Shown here piece after piece: positions 42,201-54,200 of a DNA stretch of 64,000 nt. The notes below the pieces were generated by a model, which searched no databases, had not been told where the DNA came from, and saw only the letters and a program-made list of their open reading frames with translations. The number at the start of each line of letters is the position of its first letter. Position 1 is the first letter of the stretch. The translations under genes and the position numbers were made by a program. The stretch is from assembly GCA_964270895.1 (NCBI GenBank), contig OZ185439.1; one strand, written 5' to 3'. This stretch comes from Podarcis filfolensis. Lineage: Eukaryota.

Positions 42201-45200
42201 GTCCATTCAGTAACCAAGAGATGACAGAGTGGTTCCAGGCTGGGTATTTCACAATGTCACTGTTGGTGAAAAGAGCATGTGATGAGAGCTTCCAGCCGCT
42301 TGGAGACATCATGAAAATGTGGGGCAGGGTTCCTTTCACTCCCGGTCCAGCACCACCTCTGCATTTGGTAAATATGACAATGTGTAAAAAAGTTAACCTT
42401 AAATTAGAAAGTTAAGAGATGCCAGTTTTAGGGTTTTGTGTGCTTTTGTGCTACCAGGCACAGAGCAGCAAAGACCTTTAGAGAGACTGCCTGTATGTTG
42501 AACATATACTCTGAGCCGCAATAGAACGGGCTTTCCATACAGGAAGGGAAAAGTGCTTACTTTAGCTAGAAGTGAAATAGCAAAAGCCCTCATTGCTACT
42601 AATTCACTTACCTAAAAGCCTTCGAATGCTGCTTCAGTTGGATCTGGCTGAACTGCTTTCTATGCACAGCAAATTGCAGAAGGAAATTAAGCCACAATCA
42701 GTAAAAGGTAGCTCCTACTGAGGCCCCTGACCCTTACTCCTTTTTTCAAGCATGTTACTAGTTGTGGTCCTCCTGACTCCAGCCTTGTTGGTGTAGTCCA
42801 AAGACGATCTTTGAATCAGATTTGTCCTTGAACCAATTCTGCTTAGCAGCGAGAATTCTCCCCAGCAACAGGTGTCTTTATCTAGGCATGTCTGGGGGAA
42901 GAGAGATTCAGTGTCTGCCTTTGTCTATAAGAGTCTCTGAACCTGTCTCTCTAGCTGGATTGCTGCAGGGAGCAGAGAGAATTGAAATCTCTGTATATTG
43001 TTCTGTTTTATTTATGTAGACCAGTAGTGATATAAAGTTATGCAACTTGTAATATAAATAAATACTTTGAAGAAGAACTGAATGGGTGAGGTGTTTATTC
43101 CTTCACGGGCATGCACCGATAGAGAGCTGGACTGCTGCTGCTGTGAAGACACAGGAAGACTTTCTGGGTAACTCTGCTGTGAGACAGTAAAAAGAACCCC
43201 AAAGGATTGGAGCACACACACTAACAAGCCTGCCTTGCTTCTGCCGCTGTGGCTTGATTTAGCATGTGGCACACAGCTTCTCCCTCTTTCTTCATATCTG
43301 GGAGAGGTGAAGTAGGAAAGCATAGGGCCTTCCTCGAGGTAGAGGAGCATGTATCTTATGCACTGGGGATATTTGCTCCAGTTTCCTTTGCCAAGGAATG
43401 GTCCCTAGACACAGTTTAACTATATACACCCCTTTATTTTCCACTTCACACAATCCTTTATACTTTTTTACTAAACACAGTAAGCTGTAAAAAATGTTGT
43501 TCCATTTAATAACTTTTAATATAAAAATATAGAGCCAGTGTGGTGTAGTGGTTAAGAGCGGTAGTCTCGTAATCTGGGGAACCGGGTTCGCTTCCCCGCT
43601 CCTCCACATGCAGCTGCTGGGTGACCTTGGGCTAGTCACACTTCTTTGAAGTCTCTCAGCCCCACTCATCTCACAGAGTGTTTGTTGTGGGGGAGGAAGG
43701 GGAAGGAGAATGTTAGCCGCTTTGAGACTCCTTAAAGGGAGTGAAAGGTGGGATATCAAATCCAAGGTATTTCATAATCATAATGTTGTAGGTCACTGTA
43801 ATCAGAGTTGTGCGTATGCTCATGAATCCTAACATTTGATGTAAGTTCAGCTATCGATTTGTTTACAACCACAGGGAGAGTTGGACCAGGAACGACTGAC
43901 TAGACAACAGGAATTCACAGCCATGTACCAAATGCAGCACCTCCAGTACCAGCAATTTTTGTTACAGTAAGTTTATATCAGGGGTGGCTAACCATTGGCC
44001 CTCCAGATGTTGGACTATAATTCCTTTCATCCCTGATCATTGCACATGCCAACTGGGGTTAATGGGAGTTGGAACAGCATCTGGAGCACCACAGGTTAGC
44101 ATCCCCTGGTCTATAGAAATATTTGTCAATGGCCATTTTGCTTTGTTTAAATGATCTAGAGCAGGGTAGTCCAATTTTTCTGTTAACAGCCTATTTGGTT
44201 TCTATTCTGGGCACAGAGAAGGGATGGAGCACTTTATTCCTCTTCCTCCAGCCTGCCTGCAACTCCTGGTTGCTTAAGGCTGCCAGCCTAGTTCTTAAAT
44301 AAAAGGCTTGGAACCTGAGTTCTCTTCTGCTGGCAGGAGTTTTCATGAGCAGACTTGCTCATGGGATGCTCCTGCCAGTGGAAGGAAGAAAGTGACGTTC
44401 ACTTATTTCCCCTTCCCCCTCCATTCCCATGTGTCCCCTGGAGGGCTTGTGGGGTAGAGAGAGTTGGCTCCAGTAAACTCCTTTTCCACCATCGTGATCC
44501 TCCATTCAGTGAAAACTTTCCATGGAAAGGTGGAATCCTATACGACAAAGGGATAGTTAGAATCCAATCTATAATTTAGGTAAATGTTGTGTGTCGCTGT
44601 TTTGAATAGCCACTTCAAATGACAGTTTTAAAATTTCTTATTTTTGGTGGGTGGGTGCTGGTTTGCACTGATGTGTATGAATGTCAGTTGTGATATGAAC
44701 TAGCAGCTCTTTCCTCTTCTGGGTTTTTATAGTCATTCTGTAACTAAGTAGAGTGAACTTTCCCCCATTCTCTTTTCCAGACAACAGTATGCCCAGGTAA
44801 TGGCACAGCAGCAAAAAGCAGCTCTCTCATCACAGCAGCAGCAGCAGCTGGCTCTCCTTTTGCAACAGTTCCAGGCACTTAAAATGAGGTAAGAATGCAA
44901 GTTTCAGGGCCATTTTCACACATTATGCAGTAGTAAATCCAGTACTTTGAAAGTAAACTTCAGGCCAGCATGAATGGTTTCCTGAGAACATGTCTTTGGA
45001 AATGTTGGCATGCACATAACTGTCATGTTCATACTTCACGTTATCAAAAGGGCATGTAATATAACACTGAATATAATGTATAAAGTGGCCTTATAGAGTC
45101 TACTTATGATAGTGGTTGTTGAGTATATAGCACTCTGTTTATGCCTGTTTAAAATTGCCTCAAGTCACTGTCACTAAGACTGTGAAATAGATCTGTTGTC

Positions 45201-48200
45201 ACTTTGTCCATTTATGTTGGTTGTATTTGTCATCATCTCATATTTGTTTTCAATGAAGCCTGTTAATTGACCAGAGCAAAAATTTTCATTCAAATTCTGG
45301 TCAGTATTAAAGAACAGTTTTGTGCATCTCAAGAGTTCTGGATTTTGCTCAGCAATGTTGGAATTGTCAGGAAGTTATGCCCTAATATCACTTTAATACT
45401 GGTTCTGAAGAAGGAGAAAAAAGAGATGCATTGTATTTTAAAATAAAAAGAAAACACCCCTGTGACCTCTAAGTAGAACTAGCTTTTTGATGTAGCATGT
45501 TGAATCTTCCTCTTTATATTCCAGGAAAGCTGAGCAGAACATGGTGACTCCTGTAACAAGGTCTGTGTCAGTGCCAGACACTGGCTCAATTTGGGAGCTT
45601 CAGTCAGCAGCCCCACAAGCTACAGGTACGAAACAGTGTTTTGATATTGACTGCATTCAGACACAAAACAAACTGCCCTGAAATGACATCCAAATGAATG
45701 TCGCTTACAAACCATGGTTTGTGAATAATTGCCAAACCAGGATCTGAAACTACATCTTGAGAAAACTATGGTCGGCTCCTGGATCAAAGCCCACTAACCA
45801 TGATTTGGGATGCTGCTGTTTTGAGAGGTACAGATACAAGTATAAAGCAGATAAAACACAAAAGCTGTACCTTAGAGGTCCTCAGTGGTGATCTCTTCAT
45901 TCTCATTCTTTCTGTCAGCAGCCTCATTTCTACCTCCTTAATTTATGCCTAGCTACACATCCTTAGAAGGCTTCCTCCCCCTCTACTTCCTAAAAAAGGA
46001 AAAACCAAAGGTACACAAAAGAGGTCATTTAACAGTCTTAATGATCAAAACATATAGTGCATGTGATGGTGTTTCCTGCTTGGCAGGGGGTTGGACTCGA
46101 TGGCCCTTGTGGTCTCTTCCAACTCTATGATTCTATGATGTGATATTTTTTAATTACCAGTGAATTTGCTTGGGTGCACAGAATTGCTAGCTTCTTGGCT
46201 CTGTGGTCTCCTAATTTAAATATTAATGAATAGCCTACATTTCCACCCTTTTTGCAGTCTGGGAAGGAAGCAGTGTCTGGGATCTCCCAATTGACACTAC
46301 AGCTCAGGGACCAGCTCTAGAACAGTTGCAGCAGCTTGAAAAAGCCAAAACTGCTAAGGTAAGAAACAGTAGAAACCATTCCAGTTGCCGCTTTTCATTT
46401 CATTTCATTTGTTTTCTGAGTAACTGTGACATGCCTTATACTGATTTAGTGTAATTGCCTAATACTGTACTGATTTAGTGTAACTGGGACACAACTTACT
46501 AATTCTTAATTGGGCTTTTTTAAAAAACACCAAGGACACACTTTAGGGAAGACCAATCAAACTGGTAGTTGTAGAAGAGGATGCTGAGGAGAGTGAATGG
46601 AACTAGTGGGAATAATGTGCTAGTTGAAGAGGTCTTTACTTCTAATGTTACTTCTTTAATTCAGCTAGAGCAGGAGAGGAGAGAGGCAGAACTGAGGGCC
46701 AAAAGAGAAGAAGAAGAGCGGAAAAGACAGGAGGAGCTACGGAGGCAACAGGAAGAGCTGATCAGGAGACAAGAAGAAGAAAGAAAAAGAAGAGAAGAGG
46801 AGGAGCTGGCACGCAGAAAGCAGGTGACATCTCAAATACATAAATTACTATTTCAGTATCTTTAAGAGAACACATTTTCTCAGGTCCTGTGAAGGAAGCT
46901 GGATAAGTTTTTTACCTGTTCCTTCCACCTTTTAAGTCCAAAATGTATTCAGTTTTTCAGCTCAATCATACATGTTTATTTTTTGGAAGCCACCCTGGGG
47001 ATTTATTTGAAGGATGTGCAGAAATTGCTCATAATAAAGAAAATACATAAATAAATAAGAATTTTATTTAGGACAGGTGGGGGAAGTATGGTCTATGTTA
47101 TGTTCCAGGAGCTGTTCCTCATAGAAGCGTAGAGTTGGAAGGGACCCAAGGGTCATCTAGTCTAACCCCTGCAATGCAGGACATGACCCCCCCCAAGCCT
47201 TACACTCCAGGAAGAGAGCCATTAAAGGGGCCTCTTGCCATTGCAACAACTCCATGGTTCTGCATTCTTCAGCATCATCCCCTGGCTACTGCCAAGGGCA
47301 AGGCTTATCAAAAGCCTGTTTTTCCCTTGAAGGGACCCTATTACTTCTAAGTTGCCTACATCAACAGGAGGCAGATTGTATTTTTGTATTAGAACACTTT
47401 TGTGACTCGGGGGAGACACCTGGAAAAAAACAGTTTAAGGACTCTGTCTGTTTATCTTTGGCAACCAAGCATGTGTCTGCTCTAGGCTTATGGCCTGATG
47501 AACAGCCTCCAGAGCAAGCACACACATCACCAGCAGCCTCAGTATTGCCTTCCAGGAGGGCAGAAGTATTCTTGGGGTGGGATGTTAATTTGGGGGAGGA
47601 CTAAATTGAATTTGGAGCACCTGGGTGATAATTTCAGAAAAAGGAAAATTTGATTTTGGGTAATCTCTGGGTAGGGTATTAATTTGGAGGGCAGAAAGAA
47701 AGAGTGAGAAAAGAGGATGGCCCTGCCCACTGCTGACTTCCACCCCCAAAGTGAAGTCAGCCCCTGTCCCTACGCATTCCAGACTGCTGTCATGTCATTT
47801 AAAAGACCTCTGGCTTCAGGTCAGAATCAGAGCAGCCAGGTCAGGGGACCCTTACTATTCTGCATACCATAAATAGGAATTTCAATGCAGATCCACACTT
47901 TTAGCTAATTTCTTTCTTTTTATTTCTGTGTTCAGGAAGAAGCCCTAAGGCGGCAGAGGGAACAAGAAATTGCACTAAGACGGCAGCGGGAAGAGGAAGA
48001 ACGGCAACAACAAGAGGAAGCACTTAGAAGACTGGAAGAGAGGAGAAGAGAAGAGGAAGAAAGACTACAGCGAGAAGAGTTGCTTCGTAAACAGGTGAAA
48101 AGAGGGGAAATCTTTTGCAGTTAAGACCTGCAAGAATCAGAGGGTGGTTCGCACATGTATGCTCACTTGTTGACTACATCAAGTGATAATGCATAAGTGA

Positions 48201-51200
48201 ATGAGCCATTATTAGCTCAAACAGCTTTCATGGCTGCTCTGGGGCATTTTCTAAAGCTATATTTTATCAAATTGTTGTGTTCTAGCACAGGTTGCATTCT
48301 TAGAAGCAAAGGATTCTTTGCAATCCTATGTATCTTGAAACAAACAAAAAGGAAGCATTTTAATCTAGGTTAGTCCACTTTAGAGACTCTTCATATTTTT
48401 TCTGTTCTGGGAAGGAAGAGGAGGCTGCCAAATGGGCACGTGAAGAAGCAGAGGCAAAGCGTCAGCTAGAAGAAAACCGGCTGCGCATGGAAGAAGAAGC
48501 AGCCCGACAGAGGCATGAAGAGGAAGAACGAAAACGTAAAGAGCTGGAACTCCAACGCCAGAAAGAAATTATGAGGCAGAGGCAGCAGCAGCAGGAGGCT
48601 TTGCGCCGATTGCAGCAGCAGCAACAGCAGCAGCAACTTGCACAGATGAAGGTACTGATTCTTCGTAATGTTACTCTTTTTCTCATTGCCACAAACCCAC
48701 TCTCACAAGTTATGCTCACAGCCCAAGCCAGCAGAGAAGCTCTCTGTTAGCTGTGCTGAAATTTACATGACCATTGCCAGAACCTGCCTTTTAACGCTCT
48801 TGGAATTGAGCACCAGAAGCAGGAGATGGGCAGCTCTAACTTCAATCAGTGGCATCCCAGTTTGTCCAGGTTATCTCTTTACTGCTCAGTGTACCTCATT
48901 GTACACTGCTTAGATATTTCAGTGCTAAGTGATATTTAAGTTGTTGAAATCAATAATAAATAACTAAAACATGAAAGTAGCATAGATATGCAAATCTCTC
49001 TAATTTACAGAAAAATTAAGATTTCCTTGACACATATCATAATTCCTGCCCCCCCCGCCCTGCTCAGGGTGTGCATTTCTGTCCATACCTATAGATCTGA
49101 GAAAGTACAATGAGGAGCAACTTGCCACCCTACCAAAAATGTATATAGGTGCACATATCCTGAGTAATGCCTCATTTTTAAGCTAAACCCTTCCAGAGTG
49201 CTACCTGGAACTATCCTTCACCAAGGATTGCCTGACTACTGTAGTCCATGTTGCATTCTTGAGGCTGGATTACAGTTGTACCTCGGGTTAAGTACTGAAT
49301 TCGTTCCGGAGGTCCATTCTTAACCTGAAACTGTTCTTAACCTGAAGCACCACTTAACTAATGGAGCCTCCTGCTGCTGCTGCTGCGCCGCCGGAGCACG
49401 ATTTCTGTTCTCATCCTGAAGCAAAGTTCTTAACCTATTCCTGGGTTAACGGGGTCTGTAACCTGAAGCGTATGTAACCCAAGGTACCACTGTACAGCAA
49501 TGCTCTCTATGTGGGACTGCCCTTGGTTGTGCTCCAGAAGCTTCAGCTGGTATAGAATGCAGTGGCCAGACTGTTGGTGGGGGCAAATAGCCCACAACAT
49601 GTGACACCATTGTTAAAACATCTGCATTAGCTGCCCATCTACTACTGAGCCAGGTTTAAGGTCCTTTTGTTAATTTACAAGCCCCAAACAACTTAGGTCT
49701 GGGGTACCTTAGCAACTGCCTGAACTTTTATATCTCAGCTCATTCACTGAGACCATTAGCAGGAGTGTTGCTGGTTGTCCACTGAACTGAAGACAACTCA
49801 GCTATCAGTGACTTGACATCATAATGGCACCGGATGATTTAAAGCTGGGTGCCCCTTGTCCCGCTGCCAGAGTTGACCAGCAGGGGTGGGGAAAATAATG
49901 TTCTGGTTCATTGGGTAAAAAGGTTCTCCGCTCCTGATTTAGAGCATAAAACTGGGAGTAGAGAAACCTGGATTCAAGTCATTACACTGTCATGAAACTC
50001 ACTGGATAAACTTGGGCCAGTCTAATCTGTTTCACCAGGTAGGTGTGAAGCTAAAATGAAGTCAGTACCATGTACACAAGTCCTGGGAGGATGAGCCGTG
50101 TAAAAATAGAGGCTGAAGCTGTTGGTTTTGAATGGCATGGGTCTCTGCATCAGACTTTTAAAAATGCATTTTTCATTGTTTCTCCATGCTACTACTGCCT
50201 TCTTCCCTCAGCTGTTTTCTTTGCTTCATTTCCTTTCCTTTGAATAATTCCCATTTCATTCACAGCACAGTCAGGTGCTTGAATCTTACTATTATATTGC
50301 TATAGAAATTATGACTATTGTTGGTACTATAAAGATTAATTGGAGGTTGGGTACACACCTGGCAGGAAAAGGTTGCAGTTCTACAGTACAAGGAGACAAA
50401 ATAAAGATTGTGGCATATTAGCAGCTTTTGTGGCAGACAATAACAACTGTTTGCATGTTTTTGAGTGGCTGATTCAGCATATATCCTGATGTATTCACTC
50501 TTTCCATTAAGAAAATTTAAGTGCTGTTTCTTGTATGTCTTTCTTCCCAGCTCCCTTCTTCTTCAACATGGGGTCAGCAATCAAATTCTAGGGCATGTCA
50601 GTCCCAAACAACGTTATCATTAGCAGAAATCCAGAAGCTTGAAGAAGAGAGAGAGCGGCAGCTTCGAGAAGAGGTAAAATTCATAGTTTGGAAAAGAGGC
50701 TTTAGGTTGCTGCTGAAATAGAATAGTCAAATTTCCTTGCCATTACACCTTTATGAAAGACATATTCTTTCACCTATTGTGAAAGATATATTCATCTGGT
50801 GAACTCCCACTACGTTCTGCCTTTAGACAGCCCATGGCTTGCTCATTTGTGTGCAGTTGTGGCTTGTCACTGCTAGGAGTCACTGTGACAATTTCTAAAC
50901 ACTTAATAAGCTTAACCCAAGATACCTAGGAGGCTTTACACAGCTCATTCTCACCTCCCTTCATGGAACACAGCAGTTAAACCTTGAAGTTGCCAATTAA
51001 GCATAGTTTCCTGTATCATCTGAGCTGCGAAACTAGTTACCAGTTTTAGAACAAAGCAGGCTCTGAAGCCAACTTCAAAGCATTGTTAAAATCCTAGTTG
51101 GTTTTGAACCTGGTAACTGTGGGAATTCCGGGTTAGCGCCATCGGCGAATGGCGGAGTTCCTCCGATCGGGGGAGCGGGCTCTGTGGAAATTGGGTCTGC

Positions 51201-54200
51201 CCACCGCGGCGAAGGTGGGGACCCGCTAGAAATCCCAGGCGGAGGGAGCCTGGGAATGTGGGGTTCGGCAGAGCACCAGGAGCGCCTCCCCTACTCGCGG
51301 GGAACCACAACTTGGGGCTCCGGAGCGAAGTGGGGTGAGCAGCGCGGTGCTGCGAACTGATTGCTATTTTCACGGAGGGAAGCCGCACAGCCATCGCCGG
51401 AGAGCGCTGACTTTTTCCTGTTGACAATTGGACTCTAAACAAGTACCCGTGAGTAAAAACGGAAAATTGGATCAAGAAATACTTGAATTAGGCTCCGAAG
51501 CGGGAAGGTTCAAAACAGGAAGTCTGCCTCCCGCTTTTTGTAAATAGACTGAAGCAAAAACCTTACAATCTAATAGCCTGGAAAGTTGTTTTAAAGGTTG
51601 GAATTTCCTGCATTTACAACTAACAAAACCCCCTTGGAAGCAGGTGAAAAGGGGGGGTGGAATCTGACTGTTTAAGCCTGCAGGAAGGGAGTAAAGGAAA
51701 ATAAGTTTCCATCGTCTCAAACCTGGGAACGGGGTGTCAGGACAGAAATTGCCGGAGACGTCCATTGATTGTACGTGGAACATTTTGACAGATAGTTAAA
51801 AAAGAGAACCAAACTGACTTCAATGCTGCCTTCTGCATTTTAAAGAAACAAAGTATTTGAAAATTGAAAATTGAAAGTAACTTTATTTTGTTGGACATGT
51901 TTTAAAAAGATGGATACAAATAGAAATTGTGTCCCCTAGAGGGAGCTTGTCAATTTGTTGCTGCAGTTTACTTGGAGACCTCACAGCTGCGAGATTGGGA
52001 TCGTGGGACCAGCTGTTTGACCTTGAATAGAAATGTGTGGGGAGGAAGTTTTGGTGTCTGCTTTTTGCAAGACAAATGCTTTGCTGGAGCAGTTGCATGA
52101 GAAGACGGGTTTGATGAAGGAGAAGTTGGACTTGATGACTGCTGTAGCCAGTGAATATGGATTAACAGGAAACATAGAAATTATGCAGCGACCAACTCAG
52201 GAAATTGGTTCGACCGGGCAAGTGCAAGGGCAGATGAAGATGGAGGAGGCTGCGATCGCACCCCAAGCAACACAAATGGAGAGATCCGAAGCCCTGCAGG
52301 AGCACAAGCCGCTGTTTTGGAAGATTGAATTTGGAGTGGGCCTGGGAGAGCCTGGAGTTAAGGAGGCTCTTAACTTTGGGGGGACTTGGAAATATGCTGA
52401 CAACTATTTTTTGGATAGTTACTTTTTGGATTACAATGATGATGGCGGGGAGTGGGACTGTGGGGAATGGGCTAGTCTGATGAAGAAAGATGGATATAAC
52501 TATCGGTTGGAATCCCCCAGAGACCTACTCCTCAAGGAGAAAGGGAAGAAATTAAGAAAGAAACCAACGAAAGATAAGGAAAAGTGTAAGCATAAACAAG
52601 AAGAAGAAAATCTGCAGAAGAGGCATAGAAGAGACTTAAGGGCCTCGGACATAAGATCACCAGGTTGATGGACTGGATGGAATGGACAGTAAGGACTGAC
52701 ATAACCCGAGACCAGGAAGAAGGGACGTTGGATAAAATTTTTTTAAAAAAGCCTATAAAAGGAAAATTTTCTTTTTATTTTTGGAATTAGTGTAAAACTA
52801 ATGAAATATTAGGGAAAATGTTGGAATGGAATTATCTGGCTTTAGTAGAAAGGATATAAGGAGTTATGTATAAATATGTTTTAAATTTTGAACATTAAGG
52901 TTTTCTTTTTATGGTAAGACAAGGTTAAATCAAGGTAAATTGAATAACAGAATATGTCAAAAGATGGAAAGGACTTGTTGAGTTAACTAATAGGTTAGAC
53001 TATCTAAATAAGAATTGAGAAAGACGGAAAGAATTTGCTGAAACAACGAATTAAATTAGAACACAAAAAGGGAGGTGTGAGGAGGTCAAAGAATTAAGCA
53101 GATGAAAAGATGTAATATGGGATTTGTCTTTTTTTCTTTTTTTCTTTTTGTTTGTTTGTTTGTTGTGATGTATTTGTTCCTTTTTTTTCTTATTTTTTGT
53201 CCTTTTTTGTACTTTTGAAACTCTGAATAAATATCATTTTAAAAAAATATGAACCTGGTAACTGTGATTTCCCAGTGATGAAGTAGAAATTGTGCTTAAT
53301 TGAATATTTTCTGAGTATAACTGCTGTGCGCTACAAAGGGAGAAGAAGGGAGAGCACAAGCAGGCAAAAAGCTTCCACATGTCTCATTTTAATAAACCCA
53401 AGTTATAATTGCCCAAATATTATCATAGTCTTAGATTATCAAGACTGAAAGTGCAGAGATTTTCATAAGCTAGCCTCTTTCTTTTTTTGCAGATTTGCCT
53501 GGTTTAATGATACAATGTTAAAGACATAGAATTGTGGTTAATATAAATGCTAATTCTACTGATTCTCTTTAAATGTAAAGCCTAAAATTAGATTCATTGC
53601 CCATCTAGTTTTAGTTAGGAATTTAAAAATGAGGGGGTGGGTAGAAAAGTAATTTGTTCTATGAGTAATGTTTGCTTGATTGGAAAACAAAGCAGAATAT
53701 GAAAGCATTTGTGTCCAGGTGCACTTTCCAAGACCAGAGGCTTTGATCAGTGTGTCTGAGGCAAATTTCAGTACCCCCAGTGAAACACATACCTATTCAG
53801 ATTTATCGAGCTTTGAGGAAAATGTGTGGGAAACAGTAGAAGATAATCAAGTATGCGTATGCGTTTAAGAACTGGAATGTCCTGCATTGACTGTTTTCCA
53901 GCAAAGGCGTCAGCAGCGTGAACTAATGAAAGCCCTCCAGCAGCAACAGCAACAGCAGCAACAGCAACAAAAACTGGCTGGCTGGGGAAATGTTGCCAAA
54001 CCTGCCGGTACTACAAAATCCCTCTTGGAGATACAGCAGGAGGAGGCAAGGCAGATGCAGAAGCAGCAACAGCAGCAACACCAGCAACAGCAAAGCAGGT
54101 CCCGCAGCAGCACTACAGTGAGTACAGATAATAATAATAATAATAATAATACTCTTGTTGAAGTCAAAACTTTATTTGTATTGCTTTTCCTCTATTGGTG

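Noticed and set aside
43531-43610. tRNA gene (A and B boxes present)
   Set aside because: No convincing cloverleaf, and it continues into a CORE-like body and LINE-type tail, so it is a SINE head.
48462-48719. Minus-strand poly-Cys/Ser ORF (also 53910-54167)
   Set aside because: Antisense shadows of CAG/CAA/GAA-rich GIGYF2 exons 20 and 22.
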